A stretch of 64,000 nt of DNA from Azolla caroliniana. Lineage: Eukaryota; Plantae; Polypodiophyta. The notes under the pieces were generated by a model. That model ran no database searches, was not told where the DNA came from, and worked only from the letters and a program-made list of their open reading frames with translations. Of this stretch, positions 49,030 through 61,317 are shown piece by piece; within the stretch, counting starts at the first letter, position 1, and every line of letters starts with the position of its first letter. The stretch spans positions 8,928,001-8,992,000 of the forward strand of contig JBHGNT010000011.1 in assembly GCA_043228905.1 (NCBI GenBank). Reading direction: 5' to 3'. Made by a program: the position numbers and the translations under genes.

Positions 49030-51505
49030 GTAGGAATTTTCTGGAGATCGAGCTTTCTTGTAGTGACACAATCCCAAACGAAGTGTGTAAAATGATGTGT
49101 GTGCGGAAGCGTTATGTGGAACACAGCCGGCTTGTTCGGACAATAGAAAACAGATAGTTAGTAAAAACACAAAGTAGGAGAGAGAGAGACTGAGTGAGCA
49201 AATGAACAAATTCTATTACCAAAACAAACTCAGTACATACAATGTGCTCACAGAGCACTTTTTTTAACCAACCCTAACAGAGGGCTGACAAGTGCAGATA
49301 GGTGTTTAATTAGCCTATAGGCATCTAGACTCCCAAACGGCATGTCGGATTCCATCCGACTTGACAGGCCGATTCGGCCTAACAACCAATTTGGCTTACG
49401 ACTTCTTTATCTGATTCGGGCCTAGCTGATCGACCTATGTCCGATCCGGATTTCGGCTTCTTTAACCGATCCAGCCCATATTGAGCTTGTCACTCAACAG
49501 TTCCCCTCAAGCTCAACTTGAGGTCAATTCCTTTTGTTAGCTTCAGCTGGTTCCAGCCTTCGGCTTCTCTTGGCATCTTCATGCCTTGCTTGCACTCCTC
49601 ATCCGGTCTGGTCCCGCGTCCCACGACCCCTCTAGTCCAACACTCCTTGACTTGTCCGGTTCCACGCTTCTCGACCCCTATGGTTGGCTCTCGATTGCTC
49701 CTTAATCCATCATTAGCTCCCTCCTTGTCGCAACATTGGTGCCCCTCCACCCGTCGGCTCCTCCGTATCGACATTGACTTCGGTTGCCTCCTTGTCAGCT
49801 TGGCCTTCACATGATCCGTCTCATCCGGATCACTATCTTGAACTGGATCCACTGTCTATGATCCGTTACCGCTCTTGACCGAATTTGGTTGTCTCCAATT
49901 CATTCTTATCTAGGCCCTTGACCACGTTTGGCCAAGTTCTGGTCTTGGCCTTCATTTTCAGGTCGGCTCTGCCCTTCTTGGCTCTGTCACATACCTTTCC
50001 TTTCTTGGCTCTATCTCCCCTTTGTTCAGTTGTCTCTGGGTCCGACTCTCTCTTTTGGCCGCTTCCCCTACGTCTGATTAGTCTATACTTAGCCATTCTC
50101 CTTTTACTTGTCCTCTTGTCTGATCCATCCTTGGGTTCTTTAGCCGATCCAAACGTTCTGGCTTCTTCAGCCAAACTAAAATCAGATTCCATATCTGATT
50201 TGGCTCCTCGGACTTCATCTCTCTCCCTTTCGCCCTTACTTCGGCTTTCACTTCTCCTCCTCAAGTTCGGCATGTGGAGGTGTTGTAATACTCAGAACAT
50301 GCCGCAACCTATGTAGGTCGAGAGGTTTGGTGAAGATATCGACTACTTGCCGATCCCGTTGGAACATAATCAAGTTCGACTTCACTGAAGACAACACACT
50401 CGTGGACAAAATGATAATGCACGTCAATGTGCTTTGTCCGGGCGTGGAAGACAGGGTTCCTCACTAGTTGGATGCTGGTGAGGTTGTCATAGTATATCAC
50501 TATCGGCTCGAACACCTCCACTTGCAAATCCTTCAAGAGCCTCTTGAGCCATGTGGCTTCGCTCTTCTGTGCACGACAATGCAACTATTAGCTACTTCTT
50601 ATTACTCAAGGCGATCATTGCGCTTCCAAGTGAAAACGCAAAGCCGGATGTAGACCTATGATCGCCGGCATTCGCAACCCAATCGACATTTGTGTAGCCG
50701 ATGAACTATCTAGTGACACTGGTTCGATACAACAACGCCCTCTCCTTAGTGCCGTTGACATATCACAATATCCTTTGTGTGCACTGAAGGTGGTTGATGG
50801 TCAGTTGCAACATGAACTGACTAATCAGTTTGACCGGATAACTGAGGTCCGGTTGGGTGATGGTCAAGTATATTAGTCTTCCGACTATCTGTCGGAACCA
50901 TGTCTGGTCACACACCGTTCCTGATTCGGGGCGAAACTTGACATTCTTGTCAAGAGTAGTCGCGATGGATTTGCAATCCGTCATTCTGAACTTGAAGAGC
51001 ATACTTGACGCATAATGCCTTTGGCTTATCAGTATGCCTTATGGGGTGCGAATCACTTCAATCCTAAGGAAGTAATGAAGGTCCCCCAGATCCTTTATTT
51101 TCAATGATGCGGCAAGCTAGGACTTCATGCGGCTGATTTCTTCCAGGTTGGTGTCGGCGATGACCAAGTCATCCACATATAACAGTATGCTTAACGGCCC
51201 GTTCCGACTGCCGAATGAACAATGATGAGTCCGACTTCAACGGAGCAAAGCCCATCCGACCTAATCCCTGCATGATCTTCACGTTCCAAGCATGCAAGGC
51301 TTGCTTTAGCCCATAACGGGACTTCTTCAGTCGGCAGACGGACGATGTGTTCAATCCAGACTGAAATTTAGGAGTCTGCACCATGTACACTTGTTCCTTA
51401 AGCTCTCCTTGTAGGAACATGTTTTGCACATCCATTTGGTGCAGATGCCATCCCTTAGCCGCCGCCACAGCCAACAACACCCAGATGGCAACCGACACAA
51501 ATGTG
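49030..51505 (-). mobile_element. Copia 3' portion (RT-RH-tail-LTR), same family as 28210-30830
   Basis: WHLHQMDVQNMFLQG, RQIVGRLIYLTITQPDL and ARTKHIDVHYHFV. The tail KAKTRTWPNVVKGL follows. The PPT and LTR boundary are at about 49499. Confidence 0.9.
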
Positions 51506-52761
51506 TTAGCCGGTTCAGACGACCAAGTGTGAAAAGGCCAAGGAACGATTACGGGCCGAACAGAAGATGGGTGAGGCCGAGCGATCAGTAAAGAAGGCAA
51601 AACTTAAAACAGAAAATAGTTATTATTAGTAGTGGCGGGTCACGCTCTGTTCGTAATTGCTCATGATTCCTATAAAAAGGGACATAGAAAGAATGTAAAG
51701 TTGTTCGATTAGTACTGTATTGAGTTACTCTTTGATAATAGAAATATGTTTGCTCATACTCTGTGTGTGTCTTGTGTCAAAGTTTTTATCTGTGTTGAGC
51801 GTCCTCACATGCCTTGTGTATCGTGCACATCACTAGTCAATTTTAGCCGGCTTGGGTTCAATCTCCACAACAGTCACAATCATAGTACTTCGATTCATAC
51901 GAGTAACGCTCACGATCGACTCACTAAATGACCCGATAAAACTATCATCCCTCGACCACAAGACCTTGAGCCGGATACCAAAGGAATGAGTATGCGGACC
52001 CATGTTACGTTAGGCTAGTAAAAGCATGCGAGTGGAAACACTATTATAGCTAATTAGTTGCTAAAATGGCCAAAGCTATTTAGCTAGTTTTTAGTGGGAA
52101 AATCATAAGGATCATTTACGAAATTTTATGCTTTATTAGTTAAATACATGTCATTTAATTTATGAGAATACTAAAAAATTTGAACTTTGTTTTCTAACGT
52201 CTTGGGGAACAATGCCCTCATCTAAACTCGACTTGATTGTCACCAAATTCCAGTTTAGGGTGAATTTGAGTTTGAAATCCAAACAGATGGAGTACTCTAA
52301 GCATGAACGCAGACGAAGCTCCCACAACAACACAAAAACTTTGATATCGACATTGCACCTTCAGAACTACAACACACCACCAGTTCGATCCTCGTCCAGG
52401 AATGTATCAGTTACACATTAACAAATCTTTTTTTTTTTTCCTTTCTAATAACTGTAACTTTGTTGCTTGTTCATCTTTTATAAAAAATGATTAGGGCAAA
52501 CTCGTTGGAGTCCCAAACAAGGATGTCTCGAAGATCGGGGTGTAGCAACAAGTGTGTTTCTGATTGACAAAAATTCTGATTAGGGTTGATTTCATACATA
52601 TTTCAGATTAGGGTTTTTTATTTCCTTAAGCGGTTGATTTCTTATTAGGGTTTCTTATTAAGGTTTCTGAGTAGGTGTAAAAGTAAATATGCAGAAGCTA
52701 AGACAAAATCAGCTCAACCGGATAGCAACAAAATATAGACATAGGTTTAATGGAAACCTTA

Positions 52762-52802
<41 letters not shown>

Positions 52803-53724
52803 AGAACAACATAAACTCGATTCAAAATAATAACACTCTGTACATACAAATGTCCTACAAAACATTTACAACCATGTGAAGGGTTGCTCTCTTTGCACCA
52901 AGCTTATCTATGCTCTCTACCCCTTTCGCTAAGTGTAGGGATGACTTCATAGACTCTACAATCTCCTCTGAAACACATTGGTCCCTAAACTTAATATTCT
53001 CCATGCACTCATTCAAAAGTTGATGGTGTAACACTCTAGAGATAATATCCCTATGATCTTCCTTGGTAAATCTCTCAATTACTTCTAGTAAATAACGGAC
53101 TAAGTGAAGAACCACCCGTCTCTTGCTCCGCTCAAACATAGAATTGCTACATGACAACTCACTCTCCTTGACATCTACCATTGCCACTCTCATGTATTCC
53201 AACACCTAATTTCTTGTTATTTTAGTACCTAATTAATCAAAATAAATGCTTAATACATCGTAGAATAAACGTACTTAATACGTCATAACATAAACATCAA
53301 CCAGTTTTCGAATAAACATGTACGATAATGCCACACTCATATATTCCTTTAACAAAACAATACAGTACTAAGAAAGACAACCATAACAATAGGCTAATAT
53401 AAAAGTAAAGTTTTAGGTGTTATCCACATGTGCCTGACATCATTGACAGAAGATTATCATTCTATTAAGATCGGGAAATAATACAAATAACAATATGCTC
53501 AACATAATATGGTAACAATGAACAAGTAGATGGAGATGATAATGACAATAATAATCATGATGACAATGAAGACATAATCTTTTCAGCATAAATAAATCTT
53601 AAAATTTCCATTTGAAAGGATAAACTATTAATATTAAAGCCTAAAAATAGTTCTGAAATAACCTATGCCATAAATAATAACTCTGATAAACACTAGAGAA
53701 CTTATGCTACAGAAATGTAAGAGT

Positions 53725-53860
53725 AATACCGAGTGAAGGAGAAGACATACCGAGTGAAGGAGAAGACATATCGAGGGAAGGAGAAGATATATCGAGGGAA
53801 GGAGATGACATACCGAGGAAGGGAGAAGACATACCAACGGAAGGCGAAGATGGGGAAGAT
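53725..53860. repeat. 21-bp tandem repeat, about 6 copies
   Basis: Units of the form gacataccgagggaaggagaa with point variants. Confidence 0.85.
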
Positions 53861-54254
53861 GTGGGACACAAAGAACAACCAAATCTTGGGAACATTCGCA
53901 TGCTACGAACATCTGAGATGCAGAGAACGACAAAACGGTGAATCTGAGATGGGCTTAGTTGGAAGGAGGAAGAGGAGACGCCAAAATGGTGAGATGCGCC
54001 AAATTCAATTAATGTGGCATGCTAAATTAAAAGTGAGGGGAAAATAGCCCCCAAATCAGTCCTGACTCCTGAATACGCAGCAACTATCTCCCCCCATTAA
54101 ATGCAACGTGTACTACCCCCACCCCACTCCCTAAAAAGATTATAAATTTTTCTGATTTTTTAAAATAAAATAAAAAAATACTTAGTACTAACAGTACTCG
54201 TGTTTTTTTTTGCCAAAAACAATACTTTTTTGATACACCATAGCATGCTTCAAC

Positions 54255-54649
54255 CCTAAAACACAAAGAAAAAATAAAACATACAATAAGCGAGAGCAGG
54301 AGAGACAGAGAGAGAGTTGAAGACAAAAACTTGAATCAAAATAATCTGTTCTCTGTACATACAATTGTGCTGAGAGAGCACTTTTATACAAGCCCTAACA
54401 ACAGGCTAACACAAGTACCATCAGTACTTGAATGCTCATAAAGAGCCTACGACACTAACTCCCTAAAATATTCCTAATACTAAGACTATGAAATATAGGC
54501 TCTAATGGCCTATCAACCTTATCCTGGGTTGACCTAGTTGTCAGCGTATTCAGCCGACTATCCTCAGTGGACTCAGTCGTCGGCTTCTTCAGTCAACCGA
54601 CCTACTGGCCTTTAGTCGATCTAGCTCATGTTGAGCTTGTCTCTCAACA
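54255..54649 (-). mobile_element. Partial LTR of the Copia family seen at 29444, 39010 and 49030
   Basis: It ends gttgagcttgtctctcaaca and shares the gagcactttt..ccctaaca..aggct and cagtacttgaatgctca motifs. Confidence 0.7.
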
Positions 54650-55019
54650 ACAACCAAGTACAAAAGAGGGAGAGAGGTGCTTTATATAAAGTCACCCTCT
54701 CTCTACATTCTCTCATTGAAGCTCATGTGTCATGGGGAATGTGGAAACTCATTAGTATGTGTCATAGAATATGATTCTATGACACATAGTTAATGTTGGA
54801 GAGATCTTTGACCTTTGAGTGCTCATACATTCTTAAAGGGTGTGTTCACACATTAGGCTAGGTTGAGTTTGATTCTCAATAGGATGCAACATATTTGCTT
54901 CATGATGCATCTCTAGATTCCTTTGTAAATAAGACATTTTTGCAACGCCAATGTACCATGACATGGGAAAAATGTGGAGGCTCATGCTTCACACATTATA
55001 CTACACATGTTGCACCTAA

Positions 55020-55485
55020 CTACAAAACCATATTCTTCACGGAGCGGGGAAACTGTACACATAGATACATGTTTGAGCCCGTTCCAATGTCTGCCATTCA
55101 AACCATTGCTTCCATGTGACTTAGCTCAGATGCATTGCGATGTGAGACAGGGCGTTGGGGCACACATGATGAGAGTGGTCGACTATGCATACTTTGCCCT
55201 AAACAAGTTCGAGAGTCTGAGTATCACAATTTGATACAATGCTCTGCCTTTGATCATATTCAAGCATGCTTTCCATATACATCTTCGACCAAGCCCAATC
55301 CTTGCACGAATTTCCCTCACAACCACAATATGCACTCTCGATTGCAACATTCATTGGTAAAGTTCTTGAACATTGAGAGTCACGACTCACTTTCACATGT
55401 ATCACATGAAATGTAATATTTTTGGTCTCATAGATCAAATTTGACCTCTGAAGACAATAATATAATCTATCTATCTATCTCTCAC
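55020..55485 (+). mobile_element. Divergent LINE 3' end (family C) with a (CTAT)n tail
   Basis: CETGRWGTHDESGRLCILCPKQVRESEYHNLIQC parallels the family A Cys/His domain. It ends gatcaaatttgacctctgaagacaataatataatctatctatc. Confidence 0.75.
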
Positions 55486-56819
55486 ATATGCATAATATGT
55501 ACACCTTATGTATGTATGTATGTATGTATGTATGTATCACGTATGGATTTCAATCATACTTGGAGCCATTTCACATATGAGTATGATACGAATATTCACG
55601 TATGAGTATAGGACGAATGGGAAGTATGGCTAGAACTATGCTTCCATGTAATACTTCTTTAATATCAAAATAGCCTTTTCTCTTATTCTATCGAATACCC
55701 CCCTCCATATTTTTCTTCTTCCTTCATTGTTTTCTAATACTCCCCCTTTATTATAACAATTAACAAACCCTAACCACTTTGTTATTTATTACTTTACGAT
55801 TACATCTTTTTTAAAATTTTATTAGGCTTTGAGTCACCCTAGCATGGTGAGAAACATGTTGTCACCTACGTGGTGGTCAAGAGGTTGTTGTTTGGTGAAG
55901 TTGTTGTATCGAAGCACCTTGGTGAGACTCTTAAAACTTTGGTGGTTTTGTGAAGTTGTGTCAAAGCACCTATCATCTAATTTAAGCCAATGTACATTTC
56001 TAGACCATAAGCGATGGTATGGGATGTCACAAGGGTTTAGGGATCGTCTCTAATTCTTTGGTCAAGGGTGTCTAGAATGTGACAAGCGGTAGTCACGAGG
56101 ACAATGTCCTCACTTATTTATTCTTTCTTCCAATAATATCGTTAGTTTGATCTAATCATAACATTAGCTCCAAAATATAAGCTAGTGCTAAATAATGCTT
56201 ATTTTATAGTAAATGGCACATACTTCAAGGCTAAGTACATCTTAACCTACTAGTAGGGAATATTCTTCTAGACAACCTAACTAGTCAATCCCATTACCCT
56301 ACATCCCTCTTTCTTAAGCATGAGTTTTCTTACTCATCTATGGTTTCACATATCGACACCTCATTGATCCATATGGGCAAGATCCATGGCAAGCCCCAAT
56401 TTGAAGTGGAATATTTATTGTAAAATAGGCAATTTATGCATGCTCAATGACATGGCCACACATTAACTAGTGAAATATAATCTTCAATTGGTACAACAAA
56501 AATAGCTAAAAGGCGCTTCTTGAAATGACTCCTCGTTCATGGGCCAAAATAAGCATTGTTGCAGAGTAATCAAATTGTACAATGTGCACATTGTGGAAAA
56601 CAAGACAAGACAAGATATTATGTGGTGATGGGACAATGTTGAACCATTACGTTTATGTACCATATAAGTTACTTAGATGTCACGACTCACCACAAGGTAA
56701 TGGTTTATAAATTCACAAAATAATAGTTTAGGAATCACAAATTTCAAATATATTTATATATATAGTGTAGTTATAAAGCCCGTACTTGGCTACATCGAGG
56801 TTGTGGTTCATGTCTCTAT

Positions 56820-56968
56820 TAGGGATCGACAACGGCTCGGCTCAAGCCTAAACCGTTTGGCTAAAGCAGCTTAGCGGCTCGGCTTGGCTTGAGCCTCGCC
56901 AAACCGGCTCAAACCGGTTAAGCCATTTAGAAACTTGAGATAGAGGGAGGGAGGGATACTACATAGAC

Positions 56969-57008
<40 letters not shown>

Positions 57009-57935
57009 AGGGAGGGAGGGAGGGAGATAGGAGACTACACAGACGAGAGAAAGAAAGAAAGATATATTAATGTCTTCTAAGGCCAAATTTGGCCAATGAG
57101 ACAAATGGTTTACAACAAAATTTGGGATATTTACCCATTCATCAAAAATTGGGAGGGAGGGAGATAGGAGACTACACAGATGAGAGAAAGAAAGAAAGAT
57201 ATATTAACGTATTCTAAGGCCAAAATTGGCCAATGAGACAAATGGTTTACAACAAAAATTGGGATATTTACCCATTCATCGAAAGTAAAAAATAAAAATA
57301 AAAATAAGATAAAATAGAGTTTTAAGCTAAATAGTTGCATTAAAATAACAAGCATGTTCTATATAAAAAACATGTTCTACAATGAAAATGATGTTATACT
57401 AGGCCTAATTTCATTTCCATCCAAGTCTCTCGAAGAGAAGAGGGAGGTCAAAGGGTTTCGATGTGGCCTGTGGTCCCAATGTAAAAGGTACCCCAACCAT
57501 AGCTTCTAATTTACGTAACTCACGTTCCCAATGTGGGAAAGATTACACAAACGTGAGACGGAGGGAGGGAGCCAAGTAGAACAATGGATCGTTTGAGAGA
57601 GAGAGAGAGAGAGAGAGAGCTCAATTGGTAAGGTTGGCCAATGGAGACCAGGTGGTCATGGGTTTAACCCCTACATTCCACAGTGGCATCTAGTGAAATA
57701 GAGATATATATGAAGTATATAATAGAGAGGTGAGGAAATTGGGTTTTGAACCTAAGACACAGTGCTTGTAGTGTTATCGACTTACCACTAGGGTAAGGTA
57801 ATTACGATAAAAGAGAGAGAGAGGGAGCTAGGGCTCTGTTTCCAAACCGTTTCCCAAACCGCGGTTTGGTTTGGTTTGGTTCAGGTTTGAGAACCCCAAC
57901 CGGCTAAGCCTAAACCGAACCGTTGTCAATCCCTA
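56820..57935. mobile_element. Non-autonomous hAT element (MITE) carrying LINE 3' ends and tRNA-like sequences
   Basis: 16-bp TIRs TAGGGATCGACAACGG and CCGTTGTCAATCCCTA (1 mismatch). The 8-bp TSD is GTCTCTAT/GTCTCTAC. aaaccg subterminal repeats are present. Confidence 0.88.
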
Positions 57936-60900
57936 GTCTCTACCAATTGTGTTGATGCATGTTCATTGTAGAAACTCTCCATTGCTTTAGTTGAGATCAT
58001 GCACATAACTATTTGCTCCTAGAACAATGCATACAACGTGAACATTGATATTTTTTCCACAAGGTAATGATAAAAAATTGGAAGTTATAACTATCAAAAT
58101 TATTCAATGACTCACTCCCATACAAGTCTTAAAGGTCACATTGGCCTCTTTAAGGTTGTCAATGCACTCTTCTTTTGTTTCTCTCACATGTGGGTCCATT
58201 ACACATACAAAGGGAGATAATCTTATCAAGATTCTACTCGTCTATTAACCTTAACTAAGATAACATATGGCTCATGAGGATATCATTTTCAATTTTTAGA
58301 AACCAGGTCTCTTGTCATGAGGGTGATAGTCTTTTTGTGTGTAGTGAGATTAAACATTCATATGTTACTTGTATGGTTAGGTTTTAACTTTTTGGTTTCA
58401 AATTTCGGCAATTGAGCATTTTAACTTGGAAGGTTGAAAAATACAACAGACATAACATGTCTGTCACGTTTTGACAATGGCCATCACAACATCTAGGCCT
58501 TTTTTAGGAGGGAAACGAAAAGGGCTAAAAAGTATAAAGAGAGGAAAATTTAAGGTTAATTACAAATATATGAACGTGCAAGAATCCAATACTTCAAAAA
58601 ACTTCGCTTTTCAACGCAATTTGCTTTAGTAATCTTGCATGAGACTACATTTTGATGTAATCTCCAAGATGTTAAATTTCTTTTTTCTTTCTCAACAATA
58701 CACGTGCACACGATAATTTTGCACATGTCCCCATTGTGTGTGCGTGTCTCTCTTTCTCCCAACAAATTGCTCAAATTTAACTTGTCACTTCTATACTTGC
58801 ATATCTTTTGAACATATACACAAACTTGGATAATGATGTTGGATGTTGATGTGGAGAGGAAGAAAAAGGTCATGTTCTTTTAAGATGAATTATGGAGGAC
58901 CGTGTGCTGTGAACATCACATGCCTAACTTGAGAATCGAGATGATGGAACACGTGTTATGATCATATGTGTGTATATTAAGACGAAGATGAATGCCTTTG
59001 GTCTAAGTTGTTAATCACTACAAAAACATCCTATTTATATATTCAAGTAAACGTAATATACAAAGAGCTAGCCATTGATTGCATGGTAATCCATTTGAAC
59101 CCTCTTTTTATCCTTTGCATTGTAATAGCGATGTGTGTCTTTCAATCATGATCGATGAAGTGCCAATAAAGAAGAGCATGCACACTTTGGCTTATTATGT
59201 CAAGGAATAAAAACATGACAAAGTAATACATTATGAACTACTACTACACATAGTGTTTGTGAGGTGACAATTACTTTATTTGTTTTTATGCATTGGAATA
59301 CTTTTGTAAATGGGTCGACTTGTTGTTTTCATTTATGTGAATTTCAAAAGCAAGGTGACAATCATCATGTTTTGTGTGTCCATATCTATAGAATCCTAAC
59401 ATTTTATTAGCTAATTTTTTTATTTAATCACCTCATACTTGAGAGAAATGGATATCTATGACATTTGTCTATATATCATGAGGTGGGCTAGCTTAGCCAT
59501 AATTGATGCCCAAATTTTCTCCTTTATGTCTTCTGACTTCACCCCGTACATTTCAAATTTCAAGAATGATGCATGTAATTAGACATGGTTAAATGAAAAT
59601 TTCACATTTGCATATGGAGGTGCCCTTTATTTTTTATAGCAATGGTACAGTTCTTTGCGCACAACAATGAAACATGAAAATAGCATTGCGAAACATTGGC
59701 ATGCAATTATGTCTTCATTTAATGGCTTTCTTTGTCCATGTCTTGTAGGACTATATTATCACATGTTCATTTAGATTCTACTTACACAATTGTTTAGTGA
59801 ATTCTACACATCTTTCAATTAAGATTCATGGGGCAACTCACACAATGGAACTAACAAATGAACATAACTTATCTTGACATGCAATAGTGCAATGCAATTT
59901 TGCGTTAATCCCAACAAATTTTGGGGCTTTCCTGACATGATGATGCTATCTTATGGGTAATTGATGTGATCCATGAATCAACGTAGGGGAGGAGGCATAA
60001 CCTTGGTCAATTTGTAAATTATAGGTTAACACCCATGCAAAGCTAGTCGCCTATATAATAAAGAGAATTAATTTCACTATGTACATCCAAAGAAGATGAT
60101 GGAGATGTTTGATGTCACTAAATAGTTTAACATGTCATATGTGAAAAAGATGTGAAAGTATGTGACTTTCCCGTATCTAAACTCTCCTCTTTTGGATAAC
60201 TGACTACATACATGTGTGTGTTTTAACACACTTGTGAATAGTGTACCAAATAGAGAAGGTCTCCAATATTCGAGAAGATGAAAGCACTATTTTTTTTCCC
60301 TTCGAAAAGTCAAGCTCCGTAGCAAAGCCACAGAGTAAAAGTGTCATCAACCATAACTACTATATCATTTAGCTTCTCAAAGCGTTTCCATCCATTCTCT
60401 AGCCACTCAAAAAACAACACATTTTTTTTCATCGTAGAGTTAAACAACATTTTTTTTAGTTTGTGGTCTATTGTTACATGTGCTGTTGAGTTTGCAACAT
60501 GTCTTGCATCATAAGACCTTATAAGACTATCCTCTCATTTCCATCGAATGCATATAACTGATGTTCAATGTTGGCGAGATCTGGTATGATCAAACGATGA
60601 GAAGAACACGAGAAGACATGGATGGCCGGTTGATTTCTATCCTTGGAAAAAGGATGGATTTCGAGTCGAACATTGGGCCTGACGATCACGAACTCCAATC
60701 GAGCAATCATTATGTGGGGGGGGGGGGGGGCATATCTTGCTTCATCCCCCACCCTCTAGCGGCACGACACTTACATACATACATACATACATTTGTTGGT
60801 GTTGTCCCGGCTGCATGTGCTATGTACCGAATACGATCGGCCAGAAACAACCACAATGTACACACTACCAACATTTGGAAATTGCATGAAACGCGATTCG

Positions 60901-61317
60901 CGAAGAAGAAAGAAAGAAAGAAAGAAAGAAAGATGATGATGATGGTGATGGTGATGGTGATGGGCATGGGGCATATGGCCGGCCTGCCTGGCCATGTGAA
61001 GGATTGAGGAAGGAAGCAAGGAACCTGTCAACGAAACGCGTCGTCTTCGTCTTTCCCAAAAAAGCAGAGAGAGAGAGAGAGAGAGAGAGAAGAAGAAGAA
61101 GAAGAAGAAGAAGAAGAAGAAGAGAGCAAACATACCCCATTCATGGTCGCACTGTTGCTCGCCTTTGCGCGCACAGAAGAAACGAAACGAAACGAAACGA
61201 AACGAGAGACACACAGACACACAAACGGGAGAAGAAAGAAAAGAAGAGAAACTTACACAGAGAAGGTGGGTAGGCAGACGGGTATTTCTTTCTTTCTTTC
61301 TTTTATTTGTTTTACGA

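Noticed and set aside
60519-61300. Several overlapping ORFs upstream of the MED26-like gene
   Set aside because: They are mostly produced by microsatellites (GAA, GA, GAAAC, GAT) in the promoter and 5' UTR, and no domain is recognisable.
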